DNA of 63,387 nucleotides, counting the filler, from Trichomonas gallinae (lineage: Eukaryota): assembly GCA_008369845.1 (NCBI GenBank). It is 8 parts of 8 records of this genome, joined end to end, with 100 filler letters (N's around TTAATTAATTAA, not from the genome) between each part and the next. Parts side by side here need not be neighbours in the genome. Positions count along the whole stretch, not along the records: positions 1 to 8,683 come from MRSU01000052.1; positions 8,784 to 19,660 come from MRSU01000056.1; 6 more parts are not named here. The stretch is one strand, 5' to 3'. Positions 1 through 10,325 of the stretch are shown here, in pieces. Each line of letters starts with the position of its first letter. Positions within the stretch are counted from its first letter, which is position 1. A program made the position numbers and the translations under genes. A model generated the notes under the pieces. The model worked only from the letters and a program-made list of their open reading frames with translations. It was not told the DNA's origin and made no database searches.

Positions 1-2
1 CA

Positions 3-47
3 CCAGCTAAGGCAGCCGCTCCAGCAAAGGATGCAAAGAAGAAGTAA
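3..47 (+). CDS. 3' end of a gene cut by the window edge (…PAKAAAPAKDAKKK*), Lys/Ala-rich tail as in ribosomal or other highly expressed proteins
   Basis: Open frame from 3 to TAA at 45-47 with strongly biased codons (GCT/GCA/AAG), followed by AT-rich 3' UTR-like sequence. Confidence 0.6.
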   Translation, partial: PAKAAAPAKDAKKK

Positions 48-446
48 TTCATATATTATCTCAAAATAAAACTTGTATTTTTCATATTTTTATTTCTATT
101 TAATTAAAACACAGTAATCTATGCACTGTGATGCTATTTAAAACGTTTTTTATTTTCATTTTTTGTTCTAATATGAAAAAATTCATTTTTCTTTTCATTC
201 TGATTATTTTGAACTGCTTCATCCATATAACTCAATTAACTGACATCTATAGTATTGTATTTTTATATCTGCTAATAAATATGTCTGTTAATGATGCGAA
301 GAATTTAAGCAAACAAACATGGTAAAATTGAACGGGAAAGTCTTTAATCTCACTTTTTTAAACGAAAAAATAACTAATTTTATGTAATGTATATTAAAAA
401 TAGTATATGTATATGAATCCATTTTTAATCCCACGTTCCATTCTAT

Positions 447-683
447 TCAACATTCGAATAACTGGCTGTATCTTTCATTTCTGTATTCAGAATGCAACTG
501 AGGCTGAATTGTTGGTATTGCTTTTATAGATGACCCTTGAATCATATATCCTTGTGGACGCTGTGGACGTGGAAGTAATTTGGAAAGTCTTGAAGGATCA
601 ATTTGGAAAAAGCTGTTATTCGTCCGAGGTATGGGAGCATTAAAGATGTTTATTAAAATATGGGGCGCTTCTTTAATGCTCAT
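447..683 (-). CDS. Small hypothetical protein (78 aa)
   Basis: ATG-initiated ORF that is more GC-rich than its flanks. Inr-like TCATT lies about 12 nt upstream on the minus strand (…ATCATTCCTGAAGGATG). No recognisable domain. Confidence 0.4.
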   Translation of the reverse strand: MSIKEAPHILINIFNAPIPRTNNSFFQIDPSRLSKLLPRPQRPQGYMIQGSSIKAIPTIQPQLHSEYRNERYSQLFEC

Positions 684-1352
684 CCTTCAGGAATGATTTA
701 AAATATATGAGTTTGATTGAAAAAATTTCAAATCAAAAAAACAATTATTTTTCTATGAAAAACTCTGCCTAGCAAATTATAACAAGATAAAAATCTATCA
801 TAGAAAGCAATAGTGGGCTATATACTACCATATTTAACTTGAAATTCATTCTCACTAAATTAACGACTTTCCGCAACAAAAAAATTGAAAACCACTTTTT
901 TTGATGCTGTCAAATTTTTGAAACATCAAAACATCCAAAAATAAGCGTATTTTGTATCATAGCATGGGGTAGCTTTAATGAAATAAGTAAAACTTTTTAT
1001 CTTAATTAACAATTGTAACAATCATCATGAATTTATTATTTTTCATACGTTACCCATATTATAGAATACATCAAACTTGGATGTGTTCTAGAACAAATAA
1101 AAATCTCCAAAGATACCTGATAAAAAACATAGTAAACTAATTATTATACTTATTCACATGCATTGTTTTGGAAATTTAATGTTTGACATGTAAAGTTGGC
1201 AACATGCAATATTATAAGTATTATGCTCAGCTGTGTGGAAAAATAAAAAAATAGATTTTGATCACTTTTTGACATGTAAAGTCGTAAAAAATGCCAAAGT
1301 TTTATACGATTTTTTCCCTGTTTATTTTTATCAGCCCCTTTAATACATAATC

Positions 1353-2381
1353 ATGATTAGGCATTTTTTGGTTTTTCACCGTGAAATGCCTCCAGTTGTT
1401 TATTGGAATGCGTTTTTCGGCAGAGAAATGACCCCTGATGTCTCTAAAAAGATAATTCATGAAATAATTACAACAACAAAAGCACTTGACTTTTTTGTTT
1501 ATGACTGCCAGTTTTTTGAGCTAAATAATGGCTGCATACATCTTAAGAACCAAGATAATGTTAGATTCCTTCATAATCACTGCATGTTTTCCAATCAAAA
1601 GCCAAGTAGCAGTGCACCATGCATTTATTGCGAAGGAAACATGGATGTTGTCCAGAATAGGTTCTGTGCATTCAATATTACTGCAGAAGTAAATCATGGC
1701 TTTTGTATATCAGCTGTTAAGCAAAATTCGCGAAATTTCAACTTTGTATTCGAAAGTTACATATCAAAATCGGGTTCTATTAACCATGACAGCCCAGTGT
1801 ATTTGAAATATGGCTTAATTAGATTCGCAGTCACAAATTCATCAACAAATCAAGCAGCTGATTCTGCTGGGTACTGCTTTGAAAGCTCCACATCAACAGA
1901 ATTAGCTGTTTTAAATTTCTCGTCTTTTCAATTTAACAAAGCAGAATCGATTATCGTGAGTCATCTTAAATCTGGTCGTTATAAAATATATAGATCGAAT
2001 TTCCTTAATAATAAAGTCTATGAAGAATCTGGCTATGTATTTTCGAACGCAGAATACACAGAAGTGTGTGAATGTTCATTTTTCGACAATGAAGGCAAAT
2101 CTATATTCTGGAGAGAGGCTGGTGAATTCAATGTTAATCTATGCTTAGCCGATAACTATTCATATAACGGAGAATTCACTACATCACATAATTTAAATAT
2201 GGGCTACTCATGGTTTCAATTTCATCATCGTACTTTTGGATGTTCTGCTCTATTTTCGCTGCCTGGTGATGAATTTAAACCAGCTTTACAGCTTCAAGGA
2301 AATTATATTGGATGTGAAGGTATTGGATACCTTGATTTCACACTTGAAACAATGTTTGTATATTCTTTTAGTTTCTTTTAG
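1353..2381 (+). CDS. Hypothetical protein (342 aa), Asn/Cys/Phe-rich, possibly a beta-helix-like trichomonad family
   Basis: Long ORF with repeated (N/D/E)CxF-type motifs (YDCQF, NHCMF, CECSF) and a hydrophobic C-terminus. Two TGACATGTAAA elements lie upstream. Confidence 0.7.
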   Translation: MIRHFLVFHREMPPVVYWNAFFGREMTPDVSKKIIHEIITTTKALDFFVYDCQFFELNNGCIHLKNQDNVRFLHNHCMFSNQKPSSSAPCIYCEGNMDVVQNRFCAFNITAEVNHGFCISAVKQNSRNFNFVFESYISKSGSINHDSPVYLKYGLIRFAVTNSSTNQAADSAGYCFESSTSTELAVLNFSSFQFNKAESIIVSHLKSGRYKIYRSNFLNNKVYEESGYVFSNAEYTEVCECSFFDNEGKSIFWREAGEFNVNLCLADNYSYNGEFTTSHNLNMGYSWFQFHHRTFGCSALFSLPGDEFKPALQLQGNYIGCEGIGYLDFTLETMFVYSFSFF

Positions 2382-2637
2382 TTTTATTAGTAGAATTGTT
2401 TCATATTTGATAAAATTAAATATTTGTTGCGGATTTCAAACGATTTCAACTATCTTATATAATACAGCGAATGATATTTAGGATATTTATGAATATATAA
2501 TATACACAATTTGAGCAAAAAATTGATTCAATAAATCTTTATACTTCGTTATATTCAGTTCTCTCATATAATCATATATTTTGTCAAATAATACAGAAGA
2601 TGATTCATGGTTATAGAATTTGTTATTTTGAAAAAAG

Positions 2638-2932
2638 TTTTGACATTTGTAAAAATTATATTGTCAAAATTAGTAAAAATCACAAATATTATCACCTTTT
2701 GACTATGTTATTACGCAAAAAGTGAATTTATTGATGTAAATATTATATATAATACAAAGGATGCCAATGATGAAACAAATTAAAATCGTTTTGATATTTG
2801 GCAATATAAAGTGTCAAAAATATGAATTTTGACATTTGTAAGTGTAGTATTGTCAAAATTATAAAAATGCGAAAAATTGTGATAAAACGTTCACCTTTTG
2901 CTTGTGTTATTACGTAAAAAGTGATTTTATTT
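2638..2932. repeat. Degenerate ~95-bp direct repeat (2 copies), each containing TTTTGACA-N16-TGTCAAAA
   Basis: 2638-2732 and 2827-2932 share TTTTGACATTTGT…TTGTCAAAATTA…TCACCTTTTG…TGTTATTACG.AAAAAGTGA.TTTATT. Confidence 0.75.
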
Positions 2933-3010
2933 AGATAAACAATATATAAATGAAAAAAACATTTACAAACAGATTTTTTTTTTAGTTCGTTTTTTTTTAT
3001 ATCGTCCAAA

Positions 3011-5686
3011 ATGTCTGCGGATCTGCCTGTTATCTCTGAGAACAGCGCGTTCGATATTTCGGTGACTGCGGACTTGAAAACGGCCATAGACCCGTTCGCG
3101 AATGCTGTCACGAGCTCTCTTGGCTTTCGTTTATCATCAATGCTGCCAGTTGAAGTCCAAAGCCCAAAAATCACTGACAAAACAGAAAGAATCGAAAGTT
3201 ACTATGACTCTATTGAAAAATCGCCGCCAGATGAGGTTTTAACGGAAGATTATCAACGTTTCTTGGAATACATCGATGAAACCCTCGAACAATTCTATAA
3301 GGATCATCCTTATAGAATGAGAGTCTTCCTTACAGCAGAAAATGAAATTGGCACACGTTATTTCCTTTCCTCATTCATTCGCCCTTCTGTGTTGCCTCTT
3401 CTTGCAGCTCATACCGTTGAACTTGCAGCTAGCTTCGTTGCAAACCTCATTGAATATCAAATTCTCTTCGATTTCTTCTCGCAGCCGAGAACAATTACAA
3501 CACCGAACTTTACAGTGGCCTGCCAAAAAGGAGACTGCTATGATATGTCAGTTCTCCTCACGACAATTCTCACTGGCATTGGATATGATGCCTGTGTCAT
3601 TGTCGGTTACGCGAATCGTGAACTTACTTTGTCAGATCTTCGTTATAGGAACTGCCCAGGTGTCGCTGAGCCACCTAAAGAAGATGATGGCGACAAAGGA
3701 CCAGAAAATAAGTACTTAAAGGCTGTTTCTGGGAGATTACTTAATCTTGAATCTTCATTCGTTGAACTTCAGAAGAATCCACCACCTCCTCCACCACCCC
3801 CGAAGCAAGTTCCAACGCCTCCACAAGATGAATACGATGGTCGCCGCATGCATTGTTGGGTTATGGTTTCTAAAACAGGACGCATTGAAATTCCAGAAAC
3901 AATCTTCATAGATGTCTCAACAGGTGACAAATATCCAATCACATCCCCACTTTTCGGTTACATCGAAGTTGTTTTCAATCACAAAAACGTCTGGATCAAC
4001 TTACAACCAAACGACTTCGAGAAGAGCGAAGATTCCCTCGACTTTGCAAACTCAGATCTTTGGCAAGCCGTCATTCCAGAAACAGATATTAAGATTCCTT
4101 CACCAGTCGTCGACCGTTTGGATGTTCCTGAGAACGAGATCTTCAGGATGTACCCGAAGGTCGTCTCCGCTGATGGCTGCAGCGAACAGAACATGAAAAA
4201 GCTCCACTGGGCAGATGCGATCGAAGAACGCTATGCTCCTTATACAAGACAAGACGGTTTATATCGCCGCTTCTTCATTTTCGAGAAAGACCCATCAGAC
4301 ATCAAAGAAGTCAGGGAGCAGTTCGAGCACCTCCGCCAGCATCTCGTCGAGCGCAGAATCTTCCTCAAGACGCAGGAAATGTGGGAAACATTCGAGCCAG
4401 GAACAATCATTCCGACAAGAGACAACGCGAAGGGTGAAAAGCAGCAGCAAATCGGCCAGATATACGAGATCAAGCGTCCAATCGGTATTACCACACACAA
4501 GATCAAGCACAACGAGTGCAGGCTGCTCGAGTTCGACGACACAAGCCGCATCGACTGTCTCAAGAGCAGACTCGAAGTCTTCGGAACGAAGATCGTCGAA
4601 AAATTCGGTGACAGAGATGATGGACTTTGCGAGCGTAAAATCTGCATCGTACCTGAGAGCTCTAGCTCCAATTCAGAAACACAGTTATACGATGGCGGTC
4701 CAAAGATAGAAAGAATGACTCAAAAGTACAGACATCCAAGCGTAGTCAAAACCCATCACACAACAACATATGCTGTCTCGCATTCAATCTACAAAGTCGC
4801 TTTCGATTTCGTCACGAACAAACTGACTGTCGTTTACCACCACCAGCCAGGCTGCATCACAGACTTCAGCATCGAGTTCGTCACACCAACAGAGGCAGAC
4901 AAAGACAAGGATTATATTGCAATCCCATCAAAGTTCTGCCCGAATCCTCCGGAGATCGACAACTGGACGATGAACGAAATCCAGAACCAGTTGCTCGCAA
5001 TCAGGAACCAAGGTACACTCGATGCAGAGGCTATTGCGAAGGAGATGGTCCAGTGGATACAGTTCAGAACGGACGAAGAGTCGAGACCATACTACAAGAT
5101 GAAGTCTGTCGACATCGTTTTGCACCGCAAGATTTTCGCTCAGGGTGACCAGGCGGAAATCCTCGTCGAAAAGCCACCGCCGGAGCCGAAAGCGGAAGGC
5201 GAAGACGACGCAGCGAAGAACCAGCAGCAGTTGTCTGCAGATGATCCACTCTGCGTCTACTTCCCAGTCGATCCCAACACAGAGTTCACAGCAGAAGTCG
5301 CCGCAGATATCTACAGGAAGGCGGTCACTGCTCTTCAGGACAGGATCTACAAGGAGGCGAAGTACTTAGTGAACAGACTCGACCAGGAACAGACAGCTTT
5401 GAAGTCCAAGATCAGAGAGTACGATATGGACCAGCACCAGTCGAGGTCAAGGAAGCAGGGCGACGAGCACAACAACTTCGTTACAACGAAGGCCTTCTTA
5501 ATCACAGTTCTCCAGAAGAGAATCGCAAGATTCTACCAGACAGCTATCAACAGGCTGAAGGATTTGATCACGAGACTGAAGAACCACCCGAAGCTTTCGC
5601 CATTCTTAGGACCAACAGACATCTCAGAGGAAGAGTTCAAGACGCGTATCGAGGGAATTCTCAAGCCAAAGGATAAGAACAAGTAA
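3011..5686 (+). CDS. DRC7: Dynein regulatory complex subunit 7 (CCDC135/FAP50/Lobo family)
   Basis: Transglutaminase-like segment QKGDCYDMSVLLTTILTGIGYDACVIVGYA, RRMHCWVMV, FNHKNVWINLQ, repeated E.F..R.D.L..R-type motifs and a C-terminal coiled coil. Confidence 0.88.
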   Translation: MSADLPVISENSAFDISVTADLKTAIDPFANAVTSSLGFRLSSMLPVEVQSPKITDKTERIESYYDSIEKSPPDEVLTEDYQRFLEYIDETLEQFYKDHPYRMRVFLTAENEIGTRYFLSSFIRPSVLPLLAAHTVELAASFVANLIEYQILFDFFSQPRTITTPNFTVACQKGDCYDMSVLLTTILTGIGYDACVIVGYANRELTLSDLRYRNCPGVAEPPKEDDGDKGPENKYLKAVSGRLLNLESSFVELQKNPPPPPPPPKQVPTPPQDEYDGRRMHCWVMVSKTGRIEIPETIFIDVSTGDKYPITSPLFGYIEVVFNHKNVWINLQPNDFEKSEDSLDFANSDLWQAVIPETDIKIPSPVVDRLDVPENEIFRMYPKVVSADGCSEQNMKKLHWADAIEERYAPYTRQDGLYRRFFIFEKDPSDIKEVREQFEHLRQHLVERRIFLKTQEMWETFEPGTIIPTRDNAKGEKQQQIGQIYEIKRPIGITTHKIKHNECRLLEFDDTSRIDCLKSRLEVFGTKIVEKFGDRDDGLCERKICIVPESSSSNSETQLYDGGPKIERMTQKYRHPSVVKTHHTTTYAVSHSIYKVAFDFVTNKLTVVYHHQPGCITDFSIEFVTPTEADKDKDYIAIPSKFCPNPPEIDNWTMNEIQNQLLAIRNQGTLDAEAIAKEMVQWIQFRTDEESRPYYKMKSVDIVLHRKIFAQGDQAEILVEKPPPEPKAEGEDDAAKNQQQLSADDPLCVYFPVDPNTEFTAEVAADIYRKAVTALQDRIYKEAKYLVNRLDQEQTALKSKIREYDMDQHQSRSRKQGDEHNNFVTTKAFLITVLQKRIARFYQTAINRLKDLITRLKNHPKLSPFLGPTDISEEEFKTRIEGILKPKDKNK

Positions 5687-6109
5687 TTTTTCTTTCTATT
5701 TTCTTTTTATTTTTTTTATATATTTTTTGATTATAGTTTAAAAGGTTTATTTTTGATTAATTACTTGATTATTTTAATCAATAACAGCGTAAACTAATAC
5801 TACATTATGATTTTGATGCTAGCATCTTGTTCAATCATTCTTGAAATAACAATTAATATCTCTTGTACTAAGTTCAAACACAAAATGAGAATGAGGAATG
5901 CATCAATGCAGTGATTTCATCATTATCTCATCAGGGAAAATGCAAATGATTGATGAAATAATGAAGAATTTCCGTTTTATTGATATTTTTTTAGAAATTT
6001 ATCAGTGTGAATTAAATACTAGTATAAGATAGCAATATATGCATAGTTAAGAAAAATTAATTTTTATATAAAAACAAAACAATGTTTATTATGATACAGA
6101 ACATTTTGT

Positions 6110-7858
6110 TTAGATTGTCACTTCTTCGTATGGCTTGAATATCTTGATGTCGAGCCTTGTGTAGTCGTTCATTTCTTTTATGTAGTAAACGCAGTCTCTA
6201 ACGATTGAGTTCTCTTCATCCTTTTCATTCCTGAAGTCAACAACAGTCTTCGCCATCAGGTCGTTGAGGACAGGAGTCTGATATTTGACGACATCTTCAT
6301 CAAACTCTGGAATTCCATATTCTGCAACAGCTGATAGGATAAAATCTTCGTATATGGCTGGCCAATCTGTTCCACAGTCAACCAAAACGTCAATTGGCCG
6401 CATAAATTCTGATGGATAGAATTTTCTTACAAATTGTTTGTAGAACTTGCAGAATCTATTTAATAACAAACTTTCTGAGTCAGATACTTTGCCAAATGTT
6501 GGATTTCCAGTAGATATAGTTTCATAAAGTGGAATGAGAAGCTTTTCGAGCCTTGCGACGTTTGGAACTTCTTCTTCTCCATATCTAGATTTGAGATATT
6601 CGAAGCATTCTTTGACTCTGTGCGCGCTTGGAAATCCTCTGACTGCTTCTGCTGTGAGACGAATGAAAACGCTAGAATAAGAGTTGTAGTAGTTCATCAT
6701 CATCTTTGAGAGTGAATCAGTCATCCTTCCGCCAATAATTTCGTGAGAATTCTTGATATGAAGCAAAGATTCGTAAAATTCTTCAGATTGGAAGTCGTAA
6801 ACGTTCCTCAATGCATCGAATATGCCTGGATTGATATCGTGTGTCAAAATTGAAGTAGCAGCTTTATATGAAGATGTTATATCGATATCTTGATCGTGAA
6901 GGATTTCAGCAGCGTCCATAAGGAATCCGAGAGCAATTGCCTTGTCGTGGTCAATGTGCTTTTCGGCGCCTGGATCATAGCAAAGACAAGAGAATTCGCG
7001 ATTTTCGACAAATTCATCATGAATTGTTGAACCTGTAACGGACAAATTCTTTATTTGGGATGGTGTTGACCTGTAAGACATCTTGTAGTAGTTTTCTAGC
7101 TCGTAATTTGGTTTTTCCCAGCCATTCTTCAATGATTGAGAAACATAGTCATGGGGACCAATAGCAACAGGATCCCAGCTGATATCCGAATGCAAAAACT
7201 CAGGATATAAAAGTAATAAATCTTCGCGATGAATTGTGCCAGAAGAAGCAAGATAAAGGGCCATTAACTCTTTGTCGTCGTGTGCTTTTGCTAGTAGATC
7301 GCAAATTGGTTCGTGATTTCTTATCCTCTGATTCAAATCTTGTTCTGTATCTGATAATTCTTCAGAGAAGTCGTCGTCGTTGTCATCATCTGCTTGGATT
7401 ATTGGGCATGGTGAGTGCAAGACTTTTCTGTCGAGGAATTTAATTGCTAAACGCGCTACGGAGTTATCGTGAATATTTGCTAAAATAAAATCGAAAACTT
7501 TCATGTAAGTTGTTTCTTTTTTGTGGAATGCAACTATTGCATTGACAACTGAGTAAAAATCTAGTTCATTCGTGAAACTTTCAGAGATTTTCTGAAAATT
7601 ATTATAAAACGAAGTTATTTCTAAAGTTCTTTCCATAACTTTAGGGTCTGGATTGTAGTGAAACTGACTATCGATTAAATTGTTGAATAAATAAACAATT
7701 GGACCGGAATCTGTTAAAATTTCTTTGATTTTATTTGGAAGTGGTGCATTCATCTGTATTTTCTTCATTTTCGGAAGGAGCTCCTCCAAAATCCCTTCAT
7801 CCTTCGAATAATATATCCGCAAAAAAGAAGTGATTAACTGAGAAGGATCTAAAGGCAT
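6110..7858 (-). CDS. Hypothetical protein (582 aa)
   Basis: Long ATG-initiated ORF with coding-like codon bias; no domain recognised. Confidence 0.8.
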   Translation of the reverse strand: MPLDPSQLITSFLRIYYSKDEGILEELLPKMKKIQMNAPLPNKIKEILTDSGPIVYLFNNLIDSQFHYNPDPKVMERTLEITSFYNNFQKISESFTNELDFYSVVNAIVAFHKKETTYMKVFDFILANIHDNSVARLAIKFLDRKVLHSPCPIIQADDDNDDDFSEELSDTEQDLNQRIRNHEPICDLLAKAHDDKELMALYLASSGTIHREDLLLLYPEFLHSDISWDPVAIGPHDYVSQSLKNGWEKPNYELENYYKMSYRSTPSQIKNLSVTGSTIHDEFVENREFSCLCYDPGAEKHIDHDKAIALGFLMDAAEILHDQDIDITSSYKAATSILTHDINPGIFDALRNVYDFQSEEFYESLLHIKNSHEIIGGRMTDSLSKMMMNYYNSYSSVFIRLTAEAVRGFPSAHRVKECFEYLKSRYGEEEVPNVARLEKLLIPLYETISTGNPTFGKVSDSESLLLNRFCKFYKQFVRKFYPSEFMRPIDVLVDCGTDWPAIYEDFILSAVAEYGIPEFDEDVVKYQTPVLNDLMAKTVVDFRNEKDEENSIVRDCVYYIKEMNDYTRLDIKIFKPYEEVTI

Positions 7859-8452
7859 GCAATATGAAAAATGACATGTAATCCTAAATATGTCGTGTAA
7901 AGTACCAAAATGACATGTATATTAATTTGACAAAACAATTTACCAAGATTTAATTATAACCTACAAGGATCTTGATGGGTCAATGCAAATGAATGAAGTT
8001 GTATATATTCAATCTACAAGGCGTTTACTAGCTGTTGTTAATTGAAATTGATCCATTTGATTTGATTTGAATAAATAAAGCTATCTTACGTCGTGAATCA
8101 TGCATGAGGTATACTCAAGCAGTAACAACAGTGTTTCTAATCTCATAAATTTTGTAAAATAGGGTCTACTGCCCCTAACTTAATTTTAAAAAATTTTAAA
8201 CTTAAATATTATATTACAAAACTCGCTAAGTTGATGAGATATCAGATTAAAAGTTATATCATTCGTATCACATTATCAGTATGTATTATATCCTCGGCCT
8301 GGTTATGGGATAAGCTCTTTTAAAAATGGTGGTCTTGCAATTTTTCAAATGCGTGAAATAATAAAAAAAATTAATAAGGTTATATTGGTGTCATCCCCTA
8401 CATTTTTGTTGAGGGTTATTAAAGTTTTCAAAAAATTGAGAGGTGTGGTCAG

Positions 8453-8457
8453 CCTTT
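8453..8457 (+). promoter_or_regulatory. CCTTT (trichomonad M5-type alternative initiator) upstream of RPL12
   Basis: AGCCTTTTTTAATCTATG directly before the ATG. CCTTT is a described core-promoter element of T. vaginalis that is typical of ribosomal protein genes. Confidence 0.6.
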
Positions 8458-8465
8458 TTTAATCT

Positions 8466-8683
8466 ATGTCTGATCAGGCTGTTATCATCAAATGCCGTGT
8501 TTGGGGTGGTGAAACCGGTGTCACATCCAAGCTTGCTCCAAAGCTCGGTCCACTCGGTGTCCCAGCTCCAAAGGTTGCTGGCGAAGTTGCCAAGGCCACA
8601 GAAAAGTATAAGGGATTCCGTGCAACAGTTAAGATCACGGTTCAGAACCGTGAGTTCAAGGTTGAAGTCGAGAACTCTACCTC
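8466..8683 (+). CDS. RPL12: 60S ribosomal protein L12 (uL11), 5' part, truncated by assembly gap
   Basis: GGETGVTSKLAPKLGPLGV…AKAT..YKG.R.TVKITVQNR matches the eukaryotic uL11 N-terminus. Confidence 0.93.
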
Positions 8684-8783
8684 NNNNNNNNNNNNNNNNN
8701 NNNNNNNNNNNNNNNNNNNNNNNNNNNTTAATTAATTAANNNNNNNNNNNNNNNNNNNNNNNNNNNNNNNNNNNNNNNNNNNN
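8684..8783. other. Artificial contig linker (N44-TTAATTAATTAA-N44)
   Basis: 100-bp N block with a six-frame stop cassette, identical at seven places. Confidence 0.98.
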
Positions 8784-8947
8784 AGTATCCATATGGTCTG
8801 TGGCCCATATATACGAAGAATGGATCCAAAATTCAGATTTTCAAACCTCCGAGGTACCTTTTGTTTTTAAATTAGAAATTTGAAATAAGTGTAATTATGT
8901 AAAAACAACGACAAAAATATATTTATCTAATACATTACAAGAAAAAT

Positions 8948-9361
8948 TCATTGTGATTTGAGCTGCTTAATCATTTCGATTTCAAATTCTTGAGCTTCAT
9001 TCAATAAAGAAATGGTATTCATTTGTATATTTCTTACGATATTGAGGTGATTCTTCTGTATCTCCGAAATTCTTGTTGTAATTTCGTCTGTTTTCTGCTC
9101 AAAAAGTTTTTTATCTTCATCTTCGCGAGATTTCATTGTTGCTTTTACTAGATTATTGGCATCTTTTCGACATTGTTGAACTCTCATGAATTCTTCGTGA
9201 ATATCATGAAAGTATTGATTTATTTCTTTAGTTTCTTCTTTGATATTTTTAATTTCTTCGAATTTCTGTTTATCATTTTTAATTTTATCTGTACCAATAA
9301 CATAGGAAGCAATTCCAACAATCTGATCATCAGAAATCGTTATTGTTCCTTGTTTTTTCAT
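8948..9361 (-). CDS. Hypothetical coiled-coil protein (137 aa)
   Basis: ATG-initiated ORF, E/K/Q-rich heptads; three TG(A/T)CATGTAAA elements immediately upstream. Confidence 0.7.
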   Translation of the reverse strand: MKKQGTITISDDQIVGIASYVIGTDKIKNDKQKFEEIKNIKEETKEINQYFHDIHEEFMRVQQCRKDANNLVKATMKSREDEDKKLFEQKTDEITTRISEIQKNHLNIVRNIQMNTISLLNEAQEFEIEMIKQLKSQ

Positions 9362-9380
9362 ATGATTAGAAAAATAATTT

Positions 9381-9430
9381 TGACATGTAAATTAATCTGT
9401 CATGTAAAAAATTATTATTTGTCATGTAAA
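9381..9430 (+). promoter_or_regulatory. Cluster of three TG(A/T)CATGTAAA elements
   Basis: Copies start at 9381, 9398 and 9420, 20-70 bp upstream of the minus-strand ATG at 9361. Confidence 0.55.
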
Positions 9431-10237
9431 ACTAAATCATTTTCGATGAAATTCTAATCTAAATAGTTTTAGAGTCTTATTTTTATCATCAAAAACGATA
9501 CTTGATTATCCTGCTTGTGTTACAAGCTTTGGTTTGATGTTAGTGATAATGAATTTATCTTGACAAGGAAAATATGATATTTGTCATATAAATTTCACGC
9601 AATTTATATCTAACTTTGAAGGAATAGTTTTAGTTTGATATACCATATCTATTATCAAAGTTTAAGAGATTTTTGACTTTGATTTTATTTTGACAAGTAA
9701 ACTAATTAAATTTTTACATGTCAATATATTCCTTAAAGATATGATCATATCTGATGTTGATTTCATCATTCATTCAACATAATGAATATAAATCTCTGTT
9801 TTCCAGCGACCAAATTCGTTACTCTACAACGAATTTTGAATGAACTTCTTCAAATTTAGGAAATTAGCCCGATAACACCATTGACATTCCATATAATCAC
9901 ATTTTAATATTACTTTTTTATCTAACATTTGTTTTCTATCGATGATCGTACATCTTCACAATCGACCACATTTTGGCATCATTCTGAATTTGAATGTAAA
10001 TTTGTCTTTTGCATCATTAACCAATACTGCTTACTACTCACCAGACACTAAATCCTTAAATATATATTATAAAAAAAAAATAAATCATTGAATAAATCTG
10101 ATGCATATATTGATCACCCTTAAAAAAAAAATTAAATTTTCATTATAATAGAGACTATAATGATAGCAATATTTAGATTTTAGATCTCAATCGAATAAAA
10201 AAAGTCTTTACATAAAAATTTATATAATGTAAAACTC

Positions 10238-10284
10238 ATTCAAAAAATTGAGAAGTGAATCCGCGTCTTCTCAATTATTTGAAT
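10238..10284 (+). promoter_or_regulatory. 18-bp inverted repeat/hairpin upstream of the DUF1846 gene
   Basis: ATTCAAAAAATTGAGAAG (10238-10255) versus CTTCTCAATTATTTGAAT (10267-10284): 17/18 complementary with an 11-nt loop. It overlaps Inr TCATT at 10236-10240. Confidence 0.6.
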
Positions 10285-10325
10285 TTTAAATTTATGTCTT
10301 CTAAAATCAAATTTATTTTAGTTGT

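Noticed and set aside
8221..8345. Possible box C/D snoRNA or U3-like RNA (TGATGA on +; two CTGA on -)
   Set aside because: No strand shows a proper C box plus D box pair with a terminal stem, and there is no U3 box A match. An Infernal search would be needed.
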